In this document: positions 24,923 through 27,589 of the stretch, piece by piece
Position numbering within the stretch: position 1 is the stretch's first letter
Layout of the letters: every line of letters begins with the position of its first letter
The notes under the pieces: generated by a model
The model's input: only the letters and a program-made list of their open reading frames with translations
What the model was told of the DNA's origin: nothing
Databases searched by the model: none
Program-made: the position numbers and the translations under genes
From: a virus
Lineage: Duplodnaviria > Caudoviricetes
Length of the DNA: 27,589 bases
IMG/VR virus record: IMGVR_UViG_3300027813_000065
Location: 1-27,589 of that record
Strand: one strand, 5' to 3'

Positions 24923-27294
24923 ATAGCTTTTAATCCTATTGGCGTTTCCCCAATGTGTATGGCTCTAACTCTTGCTGAACCTGATACAGCTACTTCAAAT
25001 GTATCAGACCTATACCCAGATGGTAATCTAAATATATTACTAGACGATACAGTACCTTGGAATATAAGAACTTTATCAGCAAACAGTTTAAATGTTATAG
25101 GTAAAGTTCCTGTAACTTCTACTAAATCTTTAGTTTGTCCATCTCCATTTATAGGGAATGCATTTAATGTACCGCTGTTCTCTTGTCTTATACCAGAAAC
25201 TGCATAGTCAGTAGGTCCATTTAAACAACCAAGTTGTTGTGACGCAGTCCATACACTAGCATTAGACACAGCTACAGAGTTATTGTAGTTAGTATTAATA
25301 AGAGTTTCTGCACTAGTTACAGTGTAGTCAGCTACAACTCTAGCAGCTCCCATATTTGAATATGATGGAATAGTAATAGTTTTTGATTTCCATTCCATAG
25401 GTGCCAGTATCTGAGTTTTATTATCCCACTCTATAATATCCCCTGAAGTATCTGAGGTATAATACATAGTCCCTGAAATAGGGTCAGTGTAAGCTGCGGT
25501 AAACTTATAGTTAATTAAAACAAAAGTTCCACCATCTTCAGCAACTTCAAAAGTAAATGACCCTGATTCATGAGAGCCAAAATATTTATCATTATAATAA
25601 TGCCCAATTAAAGTAGTGGGGTCTAAATAATCCCCCCATGTATCCCAGTCATGTAGTAGAACTGTAGAGATACCTATTCCTCCTCCTCCTTTCCATGCTG
25701 CCATGCCTCCATGTGTTGCCCACATTACACCTTGTATTCCAACATTTACCACAGATTGTTTTGATAGACATGGGTAGTTAGCATCAATTCGAGTTACACT
25801 CATAGATGCTGGACTATTTCCCGATATAATATATGGATACGATTCTGTTAAAACTAATATATACCCACCATTTACAGCTATAGAAACTATGTTAGAGTTT
25901 AAAGTTAGCCTAAATTTTTCAGGCCATGCGTGTGGTTTATTAGGGAATGATATACATAACTGATTATCAAAAAATCCTACCAACATATTTCTATGGTAGT
26001 TTGTTATGCCTTTCATAGTAGACTTTGGTTTGTCATAAAACTCAGAGGCTATAACAGTAGAAAGACCTGAGATTGAAAAATCATCTGTAAAATTGTAGTT
26101 ACTATCTCCCCAATATCTAGCTGTATCTGCTACAACTTCAGCAACATCGTGGCATAGAACACCATCTGTATCTCCTGTGATACTAACGTTGCTGCCAGAA
26201 TCTGCATAGGTAAATGAGTACTTATCAATAACACTAACAACAATGCCCCCCGTAACATTAAATCCTCCGCTGTCTATAGTGGTGCTTTTTATTTTAAACC
26301 TGTTGCCCACAATCATATTATGTGGAAGAGCAAGTATTACGGTAGCTACATTGCTAGCCCTAGAAAAACTTACTGTAGAAGTAGTAAACCATAGAGTATC
26401 TAATAAAAAATAATCAGTAGCTGCTGCTGATGTAATACTACGATATAACCTTACACCTCGTACAAAATTATCTCCAGAAGGTTTTGCACTAGGTAAATTC
26501 CCTACAGTAACTGTTTGTCCTTCTTTTATGTAGACTTCGTTTGAAACTGAAGAAGGTACTGATTCTTCACCCCATGGTGTAATCCATGTATATATATAAG
26601 TTCTAACTTGTGTGCTACCTGCCATGTCAATCCTACCAGTTGTATTAGATGTTTTAGACACCGCAGCACCTGGATTATAGTATTGAAAATCTGTAGCATT
26701 AAGAACCGTTATTTCTACATTTGTAGTATTAAAAGCTTTAGCTTCATCTGTGCTTGCAAAGTCACGTATAGATACTACATTACCTGTACGTAAGTTGTGC
26801 GTTCCTCCGTATACTGTAGCTGTATTGCCAGAATCTCTTTCGTAATGAGTTGAACTAACTACAGAAAAAGATGTAGCCGTAGCTGTAGACACAGTTGTAG
26901 GTAATGGTAATCCCAATTCATAATACCCGCTTGTCGATGGATGTGGCTCAGAACCTGTTGTGGATAAAGAATAATTAGAAACTTTTGGTACTCCATCTCC
27001 TGTAAAATAAAATCGTTGCTCATTATCAGACGAGTCTGAGGCTGTAACAATATCAACATCTGTAGTCCAACTAAGCCATGCTAAAGCGTTTGTATCAGGA
27101 TTTTTTAAAGCATATATCGTACTTACATTTACTGTACGTTGTGTATTATCTATAACAACTGGAGCTCTATAAGGAACTAAATCACCTGACGACAACTTCA
27201 GATTAAGAGCTTCTTGTGCAAAACCAGGCTTTAGTAACTCTGAAGCTACTCTAGGAGATGAGCCTCTAAATTTATTTATTTTAAATGCAGCCAT
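24919..27294 (-). CDS. Tail nozzle / head-stabilisation protein (tail tubular protein B / P22 gp10-like) with two inserted beta-rich repeats
   Basis: 791 aa, beta-rich; F.G.SPR....L....AQ.A.N N-terminus; YIYTWITPWGEESVPS; LCIS.P..PHAWP; PCLSKQSVV; MEWKSK; FRLPSGY; lies upstream of the ejection genes. Confidence 0.68.
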   Translation of the reverse strand: MAAFKINKFRGSSPRVASELLKPGFAQEALNLKLSSGDLVPYRAPVVIDNTQRTVNVSTIYALKNPDTNALAWLSWTTDVDIVTASDSSDNEQRFYFTGDGVPKVSNYSLSTTGSEPHPSTSGYYELGLPLPTTVSTATATSFSVVSSTHYERDSGNTATVYGGTHNLRTGNVVSIRDFASTDEAKAFNTTNVEITVLNATDFQYYNPGAAVSKTSNTTGRIDMAGSTQVRTYIYTWITPWGEESVPSSVSNEVYIKEGQTVTVGNLPSAKPSGDNFVRGVRLYRSITSAAATDYFLLDTLWFTTSTVSFSRASNVATVILALPHNMIVGNRFKIKSTTIDSGGFNVTGGIVVSVIDKYSFTYADSGSNVSITGDTDGVLCHDVAEVVADTARYWGDSNYNFTDDFSISGLSTVIASEFYDKPKSTMKGITNYHRNMLVGFFDNQLCISFPNKPHAWPEKFRLTLNSNIVSIAVNGGYILVLTESYPYIISGNSPASMSVTRIDANYPCLSKQSVVNVGIQGVMWATHGGMAAWKGGGGIGISTVLLHDWDTWGDYLDPTTLIGHYYNDKYFGSHESGSFTFEVAEDGGTFVLINYKFTAAYTDPISGTMYYTSDTSGDIIEWDNKTQILAPMEWKSKTITIPSYSNMGAARVVADYTVTSAETLINTNYNNSVAVSNASVWTASQQLGCLNGPTDYAVSGIRQENSGTLNAFPINGDGQTKDLVEVTGTLPITFKLFADKVLIFQGTVSSSNIFRLPSGYRSDTFEVAVSGSARVRAIHIGETPIGLKAI

Positions 27295-27587
27295 TACCGC
27301 CTTACTAGGCTACCTCCAAAGTAGAGACCAATGATTGAGCTAACTACATGCGTGTCGAGGGGCGTGATAACTAATCCAGTCATTGGCTTCCATTCTGTTA
27401 CATCTACTGAATATGAAAATATCCAAAATCCTTCCATGACTGCTTCGGTATAACCTACATAAATAGGAGTTTCAGGAGCTATAAGAAATACAAGTTTAGG
27501 TAATACTAAAATTGCAAACACACACATTAACGCAATGTATCTTCTTGTTGATTTAGTAAAAGAATCCGTAACATCCCTTGCTTTGTC
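27294..27587 (-). CDS. Membrane protein, possible holin (5' end outside window)
   Basis: Frame stays open to the window edge (DKARDVTDSFTKSTRRYIALMCVFAILVLPKLVFLIA...VVSSIIGLYFGGSLVRR); hydrophobic segments and a YFG..RR C-terminus. Confidence 0.55.
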   Translation of the reverse strand, partial: DKARDVTDSFTKSTRRYIALMCVFAILVLPKLVFLIAPETPIYVGYTEAVMEGFWIFSYSVDVTEWKPMTGLVITPLDTHVVSSIIGLYFGGSLVRR

Positions 27588-27589
27588 TG

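Noticed and set aside
11554-26793. Many + strand ORFs of 60-193 aa antisense to the structural genes (e.g. 16378-16959, 22626-23027)
   Set aside because: Ser/Leu/Phe-rich shadow ORFs, many with non-ATG starts and no recognisable motifs; explained by codon bias of the sense genes.
26859-27059. 66-aa same-strand out-of-frame ORF in the tail nozzle gene
   Set aside because: Non-ATG start, no convincing SD, and Leu/Gln/Ile-rich composition typical of an off-frame read.
1-27589. tRNA, rRNA, intron/intein, integrase, IS or diversity-generating retroelement
   Set aside because: Intergenic gaps are too short for most RNA genes, no reverse transcriptase, recombinase or transposase motifs were seen, and PolA, helicase and primase appear uninterrupted.

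Overview
This is a 27.6 kb internal fragment of an AT-rich tailed dsDNA bacteriophage with podovirus-like organisation and two convergent, tightly packed arms. The + arm (1-10693) is a replication/recombination operon: Zn-ribbon protein, HslV-like Ntn peptidase, DUF3310 protein, family A DNA polymerase (Leu762 type), Cas4-like nuclease, VRR-NUC nuclease, SNF2 helicase, two adjacent ssDNA-binding-type proteins, an HTH protein and a primase-DUF927 helicase. The - arm (10743-27589) is the end of a virion operon: partial holin-like protein, tail nozzle/stabilisation protein, GNAT-like protein, putative ejection proteins and a 3195-aa polyvalent-type virion protein. The most unusual signals are (1) an apparently genuine 81-aa basic gene nested out of frame in the giant gene, with its own Shine-Dalgarno; (2) a 299-codon metallopeptidase module bounded by direct repeats that duplicate that nested gene's start; (3) two tandem SSB-type genes sharing an acidic-aromatic tail motif; (4) apparent absence of GATC in a manual scan; (5) a near-consensus sigma70 promoter positioned to give a leaderless mRNA. 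All family assignments are from motif recognition by eye, not database searches. No tRNA, rRNA, CRISPR array, integrase or IS was seen, and the host cannot be determined.
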